64,000 bases of DNA. Origin: Puccinia triticina. Its lineage: Eukaryota. The notes under the pieces were generated by a model. That model was not told the origin of the DNA, searched no databases, and was given only the letters and a program-made list of their open reading frames with translations. The position numbers and the translations under genes were made by a program. Location: assembly GCA_026914245.1 (NCBI GenBank), contig CP110440.1:744001-808000 (forward strand). Direction: 5' to 3'. Below are positions 1 to 12,534 of the stretch, piece after piece. Within the stretch, counting starts at the first letter, position 1. Every line of letters begins with the position of its first letter.

Positions 1-449
1 TCAAGATCGGGGCCTGCAGACACATACATCCTTGCAGACCAATGATCACCTCCGCATCTCTGACATCAGATTGGTCCAGCTCTGCCGCAGAATTATGCGC
101 TAGTTGCTGTGAGCTTGGTTTCTGAGCGCGACGGGTAGGCCATCTCATGTCTGTGGATCGGATGGCCTCGTGACCATTGGCTTTGGGTAGTAATGGGGCC
201 ACGGCCGGGGGAGAATCATACCATAGATCATGGAAAGAATTTGGATGCCTGCGCAAACCTTCTCGAGCCGCTTATCTGCCACACTTACAGTTACCACTAC
301 ACATACGCTGTTCTAGATGGGCGTACTCAGGAACCGGTGAGAAAAACACCGCAGACTTTCTGGGCACAAGAACAAAAAATATTGGTGCGACGTTGTGTCC
401 TCTTTAGGAGCTCTGTATGTAAACAGAAGTTTTAGACTGGGCGTCGGGG

Positions 450-1470
450 TCAGTTCATCTCGTCCATGATTTCAGCTAGTTCGGCTTCCCTACCAAAGTT
501 TTCAACCAGCGTAAGAGTACAAGGAACGGAGAATTAGGTCATTAATTTTCAACACACGCATACACACTATTAAGAAGAAATCACTTACTCTTTGGCAGTC
601 AGCTTGAACTGGGGTTCTTTTTTTGTGTGAGATGCAGGCTCGGCATGACTTGGGATAGAGTGGGTGCCAATGTGAGGGGCGAAGCGTCGCTGGAGAGTTG
701 TCAGTTCCCATTTGCGCAGGGTCCCGTCTAAGCCCGAGCTGACGAGCCAGGGCTTGTGTGTCTGGGAGTCAATCCAGATTCTCAAGCAGTTGACCTCGTG
801 CCAATGAGCTTTGAGGGCGCCGAACCAGCCATTAGAGACTGTCTTCAATGTGGCCGAAGGCTCTGGTTTGTGCAGCGGACGGCTGGACGAGACGGCCTGT
901 TCCTGATGCTTGATAGCTTTGGCGTCGTAGATCCGGATATCTTTGTCCGTGCTGCCAGTGATCAACCATTTCGGAACGGCCGTCTCAGCGTGGACTGTCT
1001 GGGCGAAGAACAGGGGGAGGTTGAGGACGCAGCGGACGAAGTAAGGCTGCTCGATGCGAAGGATGTTGACGATCCGCTGGGTGGACGAGGGCAGGAAGTC
1101 GAGGGCAGAATGGAGGACGGCGTTGTTGGCAGAGGCCGTCCAGAGTTGCGCACTGGTCTGGTGGTCGATGTCGTGCCGCAGATCACAGTGATGTCATTGA
1201 TGCTTGTCTTGTGGGGACAGAAGGTGGAGTCAAGGGTGGCTTTGGTGGTCTGTACAATTGAGGGGATGAGCCAGACTTTGAGGGCGCCCATCAAATTGGC
1301 AGACACAAGCAGATGGGGCAAGGTGCCGCTCTTCCTGCTGGAGTACGTCTCTACCTCTGTCGGACAGACGGTCGGGTATGAGTTCAGAGAGTCAATCGGC
1401 CGGGTGTGTGATTTGAGGGTCCCGCAACACGCCATCGGAGGATAGAGGGCGTCCGGCCACGTGGTCTGAG
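450..1470 (-). pseudogene. WD40-repeat protein gene, 3' part; interrupted by the hAT insertion at 1471 and frameshifted
   Basis: WD40-type motifs LKSHTRPIDSL, LWTASANN, LITGSTDKDIRIYD, LKAHWHEVNCL and LVSSGLDGTLRKW. Frameshift near 1170. GT-AG intron before a last exon EAELAEIMDEMN* ending at 450. Confidence 0.8.
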
Positions 1471-2232
1471 CAACAGGGGGTAGTTACGTTACGCTACGTT
1501 ACTCAAGCATTTTTTGTAACGTAACGTTTTTCGTTACTGTACCCAGTAACGGCAAGCAAAGAGCGCTTTGATGTTAGATTATGAATAAGCCCCACACCTC
1601 ATTATGAATACGCAGCAACTATCAAAGCGAGTCATCCAATTCTCACTAGCATCCAAGAAAAAGTACCGGTCGCAAACCTAACCTCGATTTTCACTCCACA
1701 TCAAAAACGACTCATGCGCACACAACCTTGCTGGTCTTTTCCTCACGCGTTTACATCATCATACTCGTGAGGAAGAGACTAGTAAGCACATCAACAATCA
1801 CTAACGTTATCCGCACATCAAACAAATCAAAACTAATCCAAACTTTATCCACCCCTTTTTCTTTCTCCCATCCTTTGTTTATCCTCCTATCCTTTCCGTT
1901 AAATCTAGACATAAAAACCTCTTGCGCGCGTCCCTCATAATCACCAAAAACAAAACTCAAATCAAATAATCCCTGCGTCATCGCAGGTATGCTATTTCAC
2001 ATCTTTTCTATCTTATGAATGTATATATAATACCAATCTAATCAATCACTTATTTTCGTCTATCTTTGTTCTTTTTCCTACATTATTGTTTTTCTAGGTG
2101 TGTTGCTGTCTTGTCGGAGAAGTCGTCGTCATTGTTCTTACAGGATTCAAACATTGTCATCTCAGGTTCGCTATTTTTGTTATAGTTTATGATTGTTTTA
2201 TTCTTTTCTTTATTTCATGCTTTACAATAAAA

Positions 2233-2485
2233 TCATGCGTTTACATCATCATACTCGTGAGGAAGAGACTAACATAAAAACCTCTTGCGCGCGTCCCTCA
2301 TAATCACCAAAAACAAAACTCAAATCAAATAATCCCTGCGTCATCGCAGGTGTGTTGCTGTCTTGTCGGAGAAGTCGTCGTCATTGTTCTTACAGGATTC
2401 AAACATTGTCATCTCAGGTGTGTTGCTGTCTTGTCGGAGAAGTCGTTGTCATTGTTCTTACAGGATTCAAACATTGTCATCTCAG
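2233..2485 (+). repeat. Intron-less (spliced) copy of exons at 1743-1781, 1909-1986 and 2098-2165, with the third exon repeated
   Basis: Junctions gagacta|acataaaa (2271/2272), tcgcag|gtgtgttg (2349/2350) and tctcag|gtgtgttg (2417/2418). The first two match exact removal of GT...AG segments 1782-1908 and 1987-2097. Confidence 0.9.
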
Positions 2486-2825
2486 GTGCACTTCGTATCA
2501 TCCTAAAATTTACATTTGAATACCGTAACGTTGCCTTTTTTGAGATAACGGCTGGTACCGCGCTGTAACGCATAACAAGCGGTGCTCTGAAGACCGTGCA
2601 GTTCCATTTTAGATGGCCAGGGACTGCCCCTGCGTATACTACTTGCAGTTGCACTGCCTGAGAAAATTGATTGGGCTAAATTGGAAAAAGCAGTGCTGAT
2701 TGGACTGAAGTTGAAACACCGGAGCTTGATATTTTTCCTGCTCTATTCTGCAATACTATAGCCAACAGCCAAAACTGTATCATCTGTCTTGATTTTTAAA
2801 TCATAAACAATCCAAACCATAAAGA

Positions 2826-4270
2826 ATGAATTCACCAAGCCAACCAGCCGAACCGCTCTCTGGAAACCAGGACAACAATACGGCACCAACCGGTAACACC
2901 TTTGACCAGTCCACTGTGCAGCCACGCCGATCAAGACGGGCCTCATCCGTCCTTGCAGCATCAAATACTGCATCAAAAAGACCAGGCGCACCTTCGTCCG
3001 ATTCAGCTCAGTCAACTGCGGTGTCGAAAAAGCCAAAGCGCAAGCAGAAGAGATCACGCGGACAGCCCTTGCCTCAGCCCGCCACGGAGAAAGTCACTCA
3101 AAAACAAGTGAAGTCTAAAGGAAGTTTTGCCGTTACACAAGCCCAGGTATTTGAAAAGTTGCATGTAAAAAGTTTAAAGGAATAGGGTAATTAATCAAAT
3201 GATCAATCCCTTTTTTTTGGTACTGGTACTGCAGACAAGTGCAGATGGGTTTGATTACGACCAGAATTCAGATGGATCGATTGAAATCCAGCCAAGAGAA
3301 AACAAGAAGCCCAAGGAGACTGTGTACAACAAGGTTGTTGATTATTTTCACGATCCAGCGTGGAAGCAGGGGGACCCGCCAAATACAACCTTAAATTACG
3401 AATGCAAGTGGTGTGGCCAGAACACTCGGGGCCATACATCATCACTTGGAAATCTGAAGAGCCACCGAGATGGATCTGCTCAATCAGAAAAGAAGAGCTG
3501 TGGTTGCCCAAAGCGAGATGAAGCAAAGCAGGCGGGGGCAAAACTACCGCCTACAGTTAGCGAGCGCAATCTTCAGCAATCTCAGGGTGGTGGAGACTCC
3601 AAGCAAACCACTATAAATGGATTTCTGCAGGTCAAGACTTTTTTTTTATAACCAAGTACTCAATCAACTTGTTATGATGTGGCAAATTCGACAGGCGCTG
3701 CCATGGTCACGCATTGAAGACACTATTCTTTGAGCGGCTTTTCAATATTCAAATGCCAAGGCTTTTCTGTATGGTTGAAGGTGGGTAGCCGACGAATCCA
3801 AAAAACTGTACTCAATGCTTAAGACTAACGTCTTCAACGAGTTAAAGGTATTGCTCTTCATTTTTATTTCCTTTTCTTGTTGAGTGGAATCAATCATTTG
3901 CAAAGCGGTTTCTGAACATTATCCTATCTCACATTTTTACCTTCTAGAATCTCGACACCAAATTCACACTTATCCATGATGTATGGACAACAAAAGGCAA
4001 CCGCTTTGCTTTTATCAGTGCCGCCGCGGCTTACATCAATTCTAAGTGTGAATATACTGTGCGCCACCTGACCTTGAAGATGATCCCCTGGAAACATCTT
4101 GGTCATCTCTTAGCACGCCCCATCGCTACGCTCCTTAAGAAACACAACCTTTATTCCAAGATGCTTGCGCAAACTACCGACTCTGGATCAAACAATAATA
4201 CAATGGCAAGGGAAATGTATTCATTGCTCAAGGATGACTATACTTCCGACTCTTGGAATCCAGATACTAT
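2826..4270 (+). pseudogene. hAT transposase, N-terminal half (BED-like zinc finger and start of catalytic core)
   Basis: YECKWCG...NLKSHRDG zinc finger, then AQTTDSGSNNNTMA. GT-AG introns. In-frame TGA stops near 3731 and 3776. Breaks at ...WNPDT-AT (4270). Confidence 0.85.
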
Positions 4271-4779
4271 AGCCACTAACCCAAAGCTAACACGCCCAAA
4301 CCTCCAACCATCCTTCCCTCCCAGCCTCTTCACTCATCCCATCACAGGGCAATGAAAACACAAGATCTTATTCACGGGCTCGTGGGACAAGACCATCAAA
4401 TCATGGGACGTCGAGGTGAGCATTGTACATGCTTTTTTTTTGTTGATAACAGCTGATTTGTATTTGTTTCCTGAATGACCCAAGTCTTATTATCAACCTC
4501 TACCGGCCATATCGACTTCGTCAAGTCAATCCATATCATCCCTAATCTGGGTCTTTTGGTGTCCGGCTCGACAGACCGGGACATCCGACTGTGGGACTTC
4601 AAGCAGTCGATCGAGTCATTTGACTGGAGCGAGATTGAGGCGCAATGTCACGCCCAAAGGCGGGCAAAGATCAAGGCGAATCAGTCAAAAACGGAGCAGG
4701 AGATCGCGGCTGAGGATGCCATAGAAGACGCCCCAGCGGGTCTCCCAAACTTCAACTCTCCATCCTTGAGCACTCAGAC
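4271..4779 (+). pseudogene. WD40-repeat protein gene, 5' part, displaced and flipped by the inversion
   Basis: Motifs ILFTGSWDKTIKSWD and GHIDFVKSI...LVSGSTDRDIRLWD. Ends ...SLSTQT at the TSD ctcagac and reads in frame into TWPDALYPPMACCG from 1470 on the minus strand. In-frame TGA at 4353-4355. Confidence 0.8.
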
Positions 4780-5100
4780 CAACGGTGGGTGGTTACGGTA
4801 CCAGTAACGGATACTGTAACGGAAACATAACGATTTTTGATTTTTATCGGTACCGTTACCAGTAACGGTAGCTCCGGTACGGTATCATTGCAGGTTTTTA
4901 GAGGGAAAAACGGCTTGTTACGTTATTTACGCAGGAAAAAACGTGATTTCAAAGCCGTTACGGTACTAATAACAAAACTTGTCGCTAAAATTTATAAAAT
5001 GAAAACTACAGAAACAAGGTACTATTTTTTGGCTTCTGACAGTACCAAGGCTGCCAAATTTTTTCCGGAAACCTCGAATTCACCTGTGAGAGGCACTCCT

Positions 5101-6566
5101 TCACGTAAACATGAGGCTGCTGACACAGCAAGACATGGTGGAAGGGAGCAATCTACCCTGGTTACTGCTACACACATCAGAGGCAGCGGAGAATAATCTC
5201 TCCGCTGCGCATGAACTCCCCGAACAGCCAAGGTATGCACGAGCCATCCGAGAAAGGTTTGGATAAGTTTTTGAGTTCGCCATCCACCATTTTAAAGGGG
5301 TTGATTTGTGATCAATAGCCCCATCCTCAAAGAGAAGCTCCGCCTTCAAGAAAGCTTCAACCTCGTTTGCATGTGTAGTTTGCTGCTGAGTGGTCTTAGA
5401 CGCAAGGCAGGCCATGATAGACATGGGCTTATTGGTTGATGGTTTATCAATGACGGTGATTTCAGAGTCATTTACGTCCAGCGTCGTCTTTTTTGTGTTT
5501 GATTGTGCCTTGTAGTCCAGATATTTTTGGTTGAGCAAAGCCATGCAGTCGCAGACTTCGCTTCTGGTTTCTCCAAAACCTAGCTCGAAGATGTCCATTT
5601 GGTAACAGGGGTGCATGATCGTAGCAAGAATGAGGGTCTCACATCCCATAGCTTCATCTAGATATTTTCCAACACTTTTGAGCATCGCATGGTACATCGG
5701 ATACAAGGAGTCCGTCTCTTTGGAGACCTCCAACTTTCCGGTGATCTGTTCTTTGAGCGCAAGATACTTTGGAATAACGTGTGCGCCAGTGGGCTGGTTG
5801 CCTTCCATGTGTGCAGTGAGATCGACAAACACCTGTTTGCAATTTTCAATATTGGGTTAGATTGGATTGGCTACATAATTTTTCAAGACCATGTGGGAAA
5901 CAAACACTCACCTCAAGCTCTCTATTCAAGCTGTCTATTTCTTTCCAGTCTTTCGGAGTAAACAAGACATCATCAAAAACTCGGCTTTCATTGTGCTGTT
6001 GATCCTCCTTTAATAGAAAGTCAATGACTTCTTGAGCCTCGATGGCTTTCCGGTGGCTTTGGTATTTAATATTCCACCGGATCCCCTATCCGGCAATAAG
6101 TGGGGAAACTTTGAGGTTCAACTTCTTTGCCGCGCGATCAAAGCTGGCCCGCTGCGCTGCTGATTGAGTGATTTACTTAATTACATTATCAAGTTTTTGG
6201 GTGAGATCTTGGAGCCGGCTGGTCTTTGTATGCGTCAAAGATTTCTTTGTGACATTAGGTTTGACATTTCCTCTAGACAAATCATGATCATGATCGGACA
6301 GCTCATCATCCGCGTTACCGTAATCACTTTCCGATCCCTCATTGTCGGCACAGGTATGCGTGAAGGCCTTTGGGTTCTTTGAAATTGATTGAATGACAGG
6401 TGTTTCGGCACCAACGTCGTCGTCTTCCTCAACTAGCTTCCCAAGGACTGGAAAAAAACCAAGTACAGACTCCTTGGCTTTTCCAGGCGGTAATGTCTTG
6501 AGAGACAAAGATGCCAGGCCTGCATTGACAATCAATGCAAGCTTGTGACAGAAGCACTTAATGTGC
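5101..6566 (-). pseudogene. hAT transposase, C-terminal half (CxxH motif and hATC dimerisation domain)
   Basis: HIKCFCHKLALIVNAG and PLKWWMANSKTYPNLSRMARAYLGCSGSSCAAERLFS, the classic hAT C-terminal motif. Confidence 0.9.
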
Positions 6567-7150
6567 GGTGGGCCCCTGGCAACTGGCTGGCTACGGTCGG
6601 CAATGATGTGGTGTGGCACTTGCAACAACATAAAGACTGAGGGTGGTGCGGCGTGGCATTTTCAACAAGGTAGCGACTGAGTATTGCGCGTCGAGGCCTA
6701 TTGAGGCGTAGACACAAGTGGTGGTGTGAGTGCGGGTGTTGAGTATATAAGGAGCCTCTGGAGTGGGGGATGAAAGCCAGGCGGCTCCCCCGGCTGTGTT
6801 TCCAGCGGGGGTTTTGTCTCACCCCGTCCGCTGTTGCACTTGCGCAGTCTGGCGGGGATTATTTGTTGGCCCCCCTTTGCTTAACCGCTGGGGGTCATCC
6901 TCCCACTTGTTTTTTGACTGTGCTAGACAGGGATGGACAGTGGGCTATGATATCTCAGCTTGCTGGATTAGGTGGCAGGTTGCGGGTTGCTTTTTTGAAT
7001 AAATTGTTGTAATGTGACTTTGTTGTGCCGTGTATTTTATGGGGGAAAACCCTGGCCTTTTTCTTATGATTTTTTGGAAAGGGGAATCCCTGGCATTTTT
7101 TTTTGTGATTTTGGTATTTTTTAGGGGGAACCCTTGATTTTTTTTTTTTC

Positions 7151-7971
7151 CATGATTCTCAAGCTTTAATATACTTGGATAGAGGATACAAGACTTACAG
7201 AAACCTTACAGTCTTCAATAGTTATAATACTCATTTCATCAGTAGCTTAGTTGAATCATTACATCACATTCTTTTCACAGATATTTTCTCACATACTAAA
7301 CCCTTTACATACATTACTCATTATGTACTATGCCTATTGTACACATTACATCATTGGATCTGTGCTTACCCTTTTCAGTAGTGCTCATCATTACAAGTTG
7401 TTACTATGTTCACATCACTTTCCCCATTTCTACAATCTTTCATTCCCATAGCCAGAACCTTTCCTCATTTGTACAATCTTCATTCCCATAGCCAGAACTT
7501 CTCATTGTCTGTGCTCATCCTTCCTTCATATAAGAACTGTCCTTCCCCCCTCACTTGTACCTTATGCAGATTATTAGATACAGAAATTATAGTGCCCAAT
7601 CTCATCAACCCATTGCCAGTGAATCATTGCCATTGCTTTCCCCCCTTCAACCATTGCCCCAACCCTCTCATCCTCAGTAGTCAGTAGTCAGCTCATAGTA
7701 CTAGCTCCTAAGATCAAGTAGAAATCAGCCACACCTTTTCTTCTTTTTCTTAGTGTTACTCTCATCCCCTCAGCATTAGTCAGGAAGGCAGCCTCATCAG
7801 CACCCTTGCATAGCTTACATTAGTACTAGTTTTGCTATCCATTTCCCTTCCAAGCTCTATTCTCCCCTTTGAGTAGTTCCACAGCGGCCGGCGTCAATCA
7901 CAACGGACTACGCTGGCTAGGTCGTTGGAACTTGGACTGCTATAAGCTATACATCAGGGAATACTCTGACA
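7151..7971. mobile_element. Possible truncated solo LTR
   Basis: LTR-like composition, internal short duplication (cattcccatagccagaac x2), TATA-like catataag near 7528, ends ...ctctgaca. No TG start or TSD found. Confidence 0.3.
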
Positions 7972-8512
7972 AGGAATCAACCAACACCAAAGTAATCCTC
8001 CGAGAAACACAGGAATTCTGGGCCAATTGATGCATACCTCACTTCCATCGCAATCCCATTTCACCTAGCCCTCACCACCCTTGCGGGGCAGGAGCAGAAT
8101 TCCATCAGGCGCCCAGCTCTGTGCTCCCCCGAGCCAGAGAGATGGGTCTAGCGCCTTTGCCCACACACCCTCCGGGGGCTTTCTGCTCCGGAAGAATCCG
8201 ATCCGTTGCCCTCTCCTCCCTCAAGGACTTCTCCCTGTCCGGTCCCCCCTCCCGGGAGACTTGACACCTGGAGAAGCGCCGCAAGAATGCAGCACAAAGG
8301 ATCGGGGACCATCCTTCCCTGTCCCACACACAAGAGCCTTGGGAAGTCACTCCCTGACTTCCAGGGCTCTCAACATGTAAGCAGGTAAGTAGTGCCAGCG
8401 CTACTAGACTAAGAGACATTGGGTTGATCCGCCGCAGCACCTGCTAGGGCATGGCCGGGTAAGGAAACCCCCCAGGCCACTGCCCGGAGACCAGGCCCGG
8501 CGACCTCCCCGG

Positions 8513-9389
8513 TGTGAGAATGAAAGCTGGTTGGCTGGTGAAGAATGTCCGCTAACCGCCTCCTTCAAGAATATTGATGTCCAGGCTGTGTGATTGTTGG
8601 TAACTCGGCTCCGCACTGCTACTTTCCGCTAGCCTTCAGCGCTCCTCTACTGAGCCTGATCTATAGCGTAATAATCCGCAAGTGAATAAAGCTCAGCACG
8701 TTGCAAGCACAAAAATCCGCAAGTAACTCTCGAATAAGGATAAGAACACAGATAATCCTCTCAATAACTCTCGTACGTCCGTAGTTGTAAGTACAATGAT
8801 GATGAGTGTAATCTGTAATAATTCGATTGGATAAAGATCATAGCATACAAGAGTCCCCCCTTCCGTCCTCCCCTCCGCGCACATCGCCGTTCCCACCCGA
8901 TCCCGCACGTCTGACACTTTCCCGCACTAGTCCGCCTACTCCGCCCGCTATCCCGCTTGTCACTTTCCCAGACTCCGCTCCTCTCCGACGCCTGTCCTCC
9001 CACCGTCCTCTGTCTAGCCCCCGTCAGTCGTTCTCTTGCCACCACCTTCACCCCGGTTCCACCCGCTGATGGAACCCGCTTGGGCTGTCATGGCTCACCC
9101 GCTGACGCGCCGCTGCTACCAGTCCACGTGTGTAGTCCCGCCACAGTCCAGCCCTGTCTTTTTCCGCTCCGATCCGAATACCCAATCCAAAATCCGCAAT
9201 CCGCAATCCGCAATCCGTGCATTCCAATCCGCGCGTGACTTTCCGTAAGCTTTCCTAGCGTGCTTTCCTGACCTCATCCTCAGTGCTTATGTCACCGGAA
9301 TGCACCCTGCCTGAGCGGCTTTGTGCATTCCCCGCCCGCGCTATCCCCGCGTGGACATTCTACCGCGCTTGCCTATATAAATCACCACA
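8513..9389. mobile_element. Solo LTR-like element, copy 1, 4-bp CCGG TSD
   Basis: TGTG...CACA termini; ccgg at 8509-8512 and 9390-9393; homologous along its length to 55498-56958. Confidence 0.85.
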
Positions 9390-10132
9390 CCGGCGTCCAG
9401 GTATGAATGGACCTTGTACAAATTCTTCTTATGTATATCTCAATGTGTTGAGGGATTGACCAGCAGCAAACCAGGTGACTCAGGACTGGAAACAAAGTGA
9501 GTGAAAATTTTCACCAGTGAAACTTGAAATTTGAAATTCCTTCTCCGCGCACAACACCACAATGCATATTTAATATGTACTAGTCTAGAATTACTCTTGA
9601 CAGGATTTGTGCAGCTTAAACACCTTTGGGAATTCCCAATATTTTTCCTGGAGCAGAAGCCCAGACATAAACTTTTTGCCCCCCTCCATCCCCTTGCACT
9701 TGCAATAGGCCCAAGGGGGGAGAACCCAGCCCATTTTAATTCATGCTTCATGGATTGAGGGGCCAGTCAAAGGAATTAACTTTCAGGGACTTTAAATATT
9801 ATCTTGGTGGTAATAGGTCAAACATAATTTTACCTGAAGAAAATCCAATGGGGGGGATGAGTAATTAGGCCTTGCTAGAACTAGGCTGAATTTCTGGTGT
9901 CTTTGAGAAGGATACAGGGGAAACCCATGATCTCAATTTGCACAAAAGTGTGGATTTAATATACTTAGATTAAGAATCAGACAGGAGTGTGAACCTCAAT
10001 TTTCTCATGTAGGGCCTTCCAATCCACCCTTTTGAGTGCTTGTAACCAAAAAATAAACATTGAATTATGTGTTTAGGCTTAGCTGATGGAAATGTTATTT
10101 TTCATTGTGATTCTTTGATTCTTTGGCTTCCC

Positions 10133-12534
10133 TCAAGGGAATCCGGGAAACACTGACTTCGTCGGCTTGTCTCTGAATCCATTATGGGTACATCCGGAAG
10201 AGGCGTATCCACGGTCGCACACGTATTTCTGACAAAAACAAAGGTTTTATGTGAGAAAACATCGTTAGAAATGTGAAGTGAGATGAGTTACCTGAAGCGG
10301 TGGTTCGGCCGGTACTCGCTACGCATGAACCATCACTAGCTGAAATCAGCCTCCTGAGTCAATAATCAGGTAATTTGACATAAATTTTGAATATACCAGG
10401 GTCTGATATTGTGAAGAGATCATTTGGTCTCTCTGGTTGCCAACTGCGGTACGGAAGGCAAACCGGAGATTGTTTTCCGAGTTACCGACTTGATATCCCA
10501 AGCTCGAGGCTTTAGGGCGAGTCGTCGCCGTTGAAAAGGCTTTCGATCAGCCTCAGGGAGAGGAGACACAACTGGCTGAGTTACTCACCCGTTTTCGTAC
10601 AATATGAGACTGCACAGAAGTGGGATAATATATCGGGGAAGAAAAGCTTCAGTTGAAGCAGACATGAATTTAAGGAAATGGTTTTACTCACCATCCACCG
10701 TGGATGGCTGTGCCGGGCGTCCTTTTAACAATGCATCAAGTGCAATGCCGTAGGCTCCAACATCCCCTGGCATGCCGCTAGGCCATGAAGATATTATTCC
10801 TGTTCAGTGTTAAGCAAAAGGAGTAGAGAAATGAATTTATAAGGAAAGCTCACAAATGATCAACGTTGACAGACAACGGACATATCTGCTGAAGAGCTAT
10901 GTTGGAAGCCCCGATCAGTCGGGAGGATGCCTGTAACAATTAAAAAAAAAGGAAATATATTTTTAAAGCTAGTCTACATTCTGAAAACTAGAATTGCAAG
11001 CTCACCAAACTACCCAACTGAGGTGTCACAATTTCATCGCTGGTCGTGTAGATGATCGTTGTGGGGATAAGCGCATAGGCCGCACTACGGGTGTCCTTGT
11101 TGCTGTTAGCTGCATTCATGTACGTTGAGCCCTACATGCTCAGATACCCCGTAGCATCGAATTATCAGATCATGGTGAAGTAGCACGGGGGAGAACATTT
11201 TATAGTGTACCAGACTCGCCATTGACTGCTGTAAAATGGAAGGCAAACACCCTCCGGCGATAGTAGATCCAGGGCAAAGGAGCAGGTTGGATGCCGTGCC
11301 CTTCATAGAGGGGGCAAGTGAAATGTGCCCTCTGACAAGTTTGTGAATCGAAGGCCAAAAAGCTGTTTTGATAACTTCCGTTAGTTCCCATCTCTTCAGT
11401 CCACAAGGTAGAAAAAATAAAATAAACTAACTCGAAGCCCACTGGACCTTATCAGATGGCGAATCGAGGGATTGATAAGTTTTTATAGGACTCATCTTCC
11501 CATTACCACAAACAAGCTCAAAATTACCGGTTTAAGAAATGCTTGACTCACATTCGGACCTCCTTGACTAAAGCTAACAATGTTGATCTTACCCCCACTT
11601 TGTGTAGATCGGGGTGCGAGACTCTTGATGGCGTACGCGACAAATTCGGCCGACAATTGCATATCGCTGATCGAATAATCTTTGATAAATTAATTTCCGC
11701 CACCGGATCAGTTTTGAAGAGAGTCAGGATCGGTATCGGGGTCTGGGACTCACTGGGTGTATCTACCCAGCATACATCAAATCCTTGCGATGGTAAAACT
11801 TGGTAATAAGCTGACTGATTACATTTGAATGAGAAACGAAGATATCAGCAGTCTGGATGAAACATTACTTTCAAGGATAAGCGCACAGATTTATAAACCT
11901 CACTGGCATTTCCCGCTGTCGTGACATTCTTTTCATCAGCCTCATAGAATTTTGGTGATAGATTTCTACTCTGTTTTTGACTTACCCGTGCCGGGAACCA
12001 GTAGCACAATTCCTAGATTGGAAGAAGAATAAAAGCAAGAATCTGTCAATAGTGAAGTCATGAGGAATGTTTTGATTTCAGGATCAAGCAAACCCCTCTC
12101 TTTGTTATCAATACCAAATGGGCAAGCGATCATCTTTTTGTACGATCTTTCTGCTTGAGTCTATCGATCGGGTGCGTGGATAAAGTCAGGAGAACGAAAG
12201 GTGAAATGATGTTAATGTCCTATTCCAGTGGAATGTTAAACTCATTAAATTTTTGCCAAGACTCACCCATGGCGCGTCACCAGAGATTCGCGCGGGCAAA
12301 GGGCCCGCCGGCCCTGCTGTCACATCGTAATAGTGGTCATGGTCTGATAAGATGCCCACTGGTTCTTGTCTTTTTACTAAAGGCAGAGAGAGCACAGATC
12401 CTGTGGAATAAAATGAGTAACTTTCATTAGAAGAATGAAGGGTGCGTGAAATTTTGAGAATATTATAACTAACTTGAAGAAACGTTGATGGTTACGATTG
12501 AAAGATAAACGACAATCAAAAGAAGAACACCCAT
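10133..12534 (-). CDS. Secreted lipase B (CalB-like alpha/beta hydrolase), multi-exon, paralog 1
   Basis: Signal-peptide-like start MGVLLLIVVYLSIVTINVSS. Motifs IVLLVPGTG, GDMQLSAEFVAYAI, nucleophile elbow SFSQGG, TTSDEIVTPQ (Asp) and VNVDH (His). C-terminus YVCDRGY...FPGFP*. Many GT-AG introns; exon boundaries not all resolved. Confidence 0.85.

Larger units (their letters stand above)
1471..6566. mobile_element. hAT DNA transposon with 7-bp TSD; left part 1471-4270 (+), right part 6566->4780 (-)
   Basis: Imperfect terminal repeats caacagggggtagttacgttacg (1471) and caacggtgggtggttacggtacc (4780). gttac/gtaac subterminal repeats at both ends. TSD gtctgag (1464-1470) and ctcagac (4773-4779) are reverse complements. 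Transposase lies inside. Confidence 0.85.

Noticed and set aside
756..1445. 229-aa plus-strand ORF
   Set aside because: Antisense shadow of the WD40 coding sequence.
7972..8512. Possible tyrosine-recombinase retrotransposon fragment
   Set aside because: No recognisable RT or recombinase motif in any frame.
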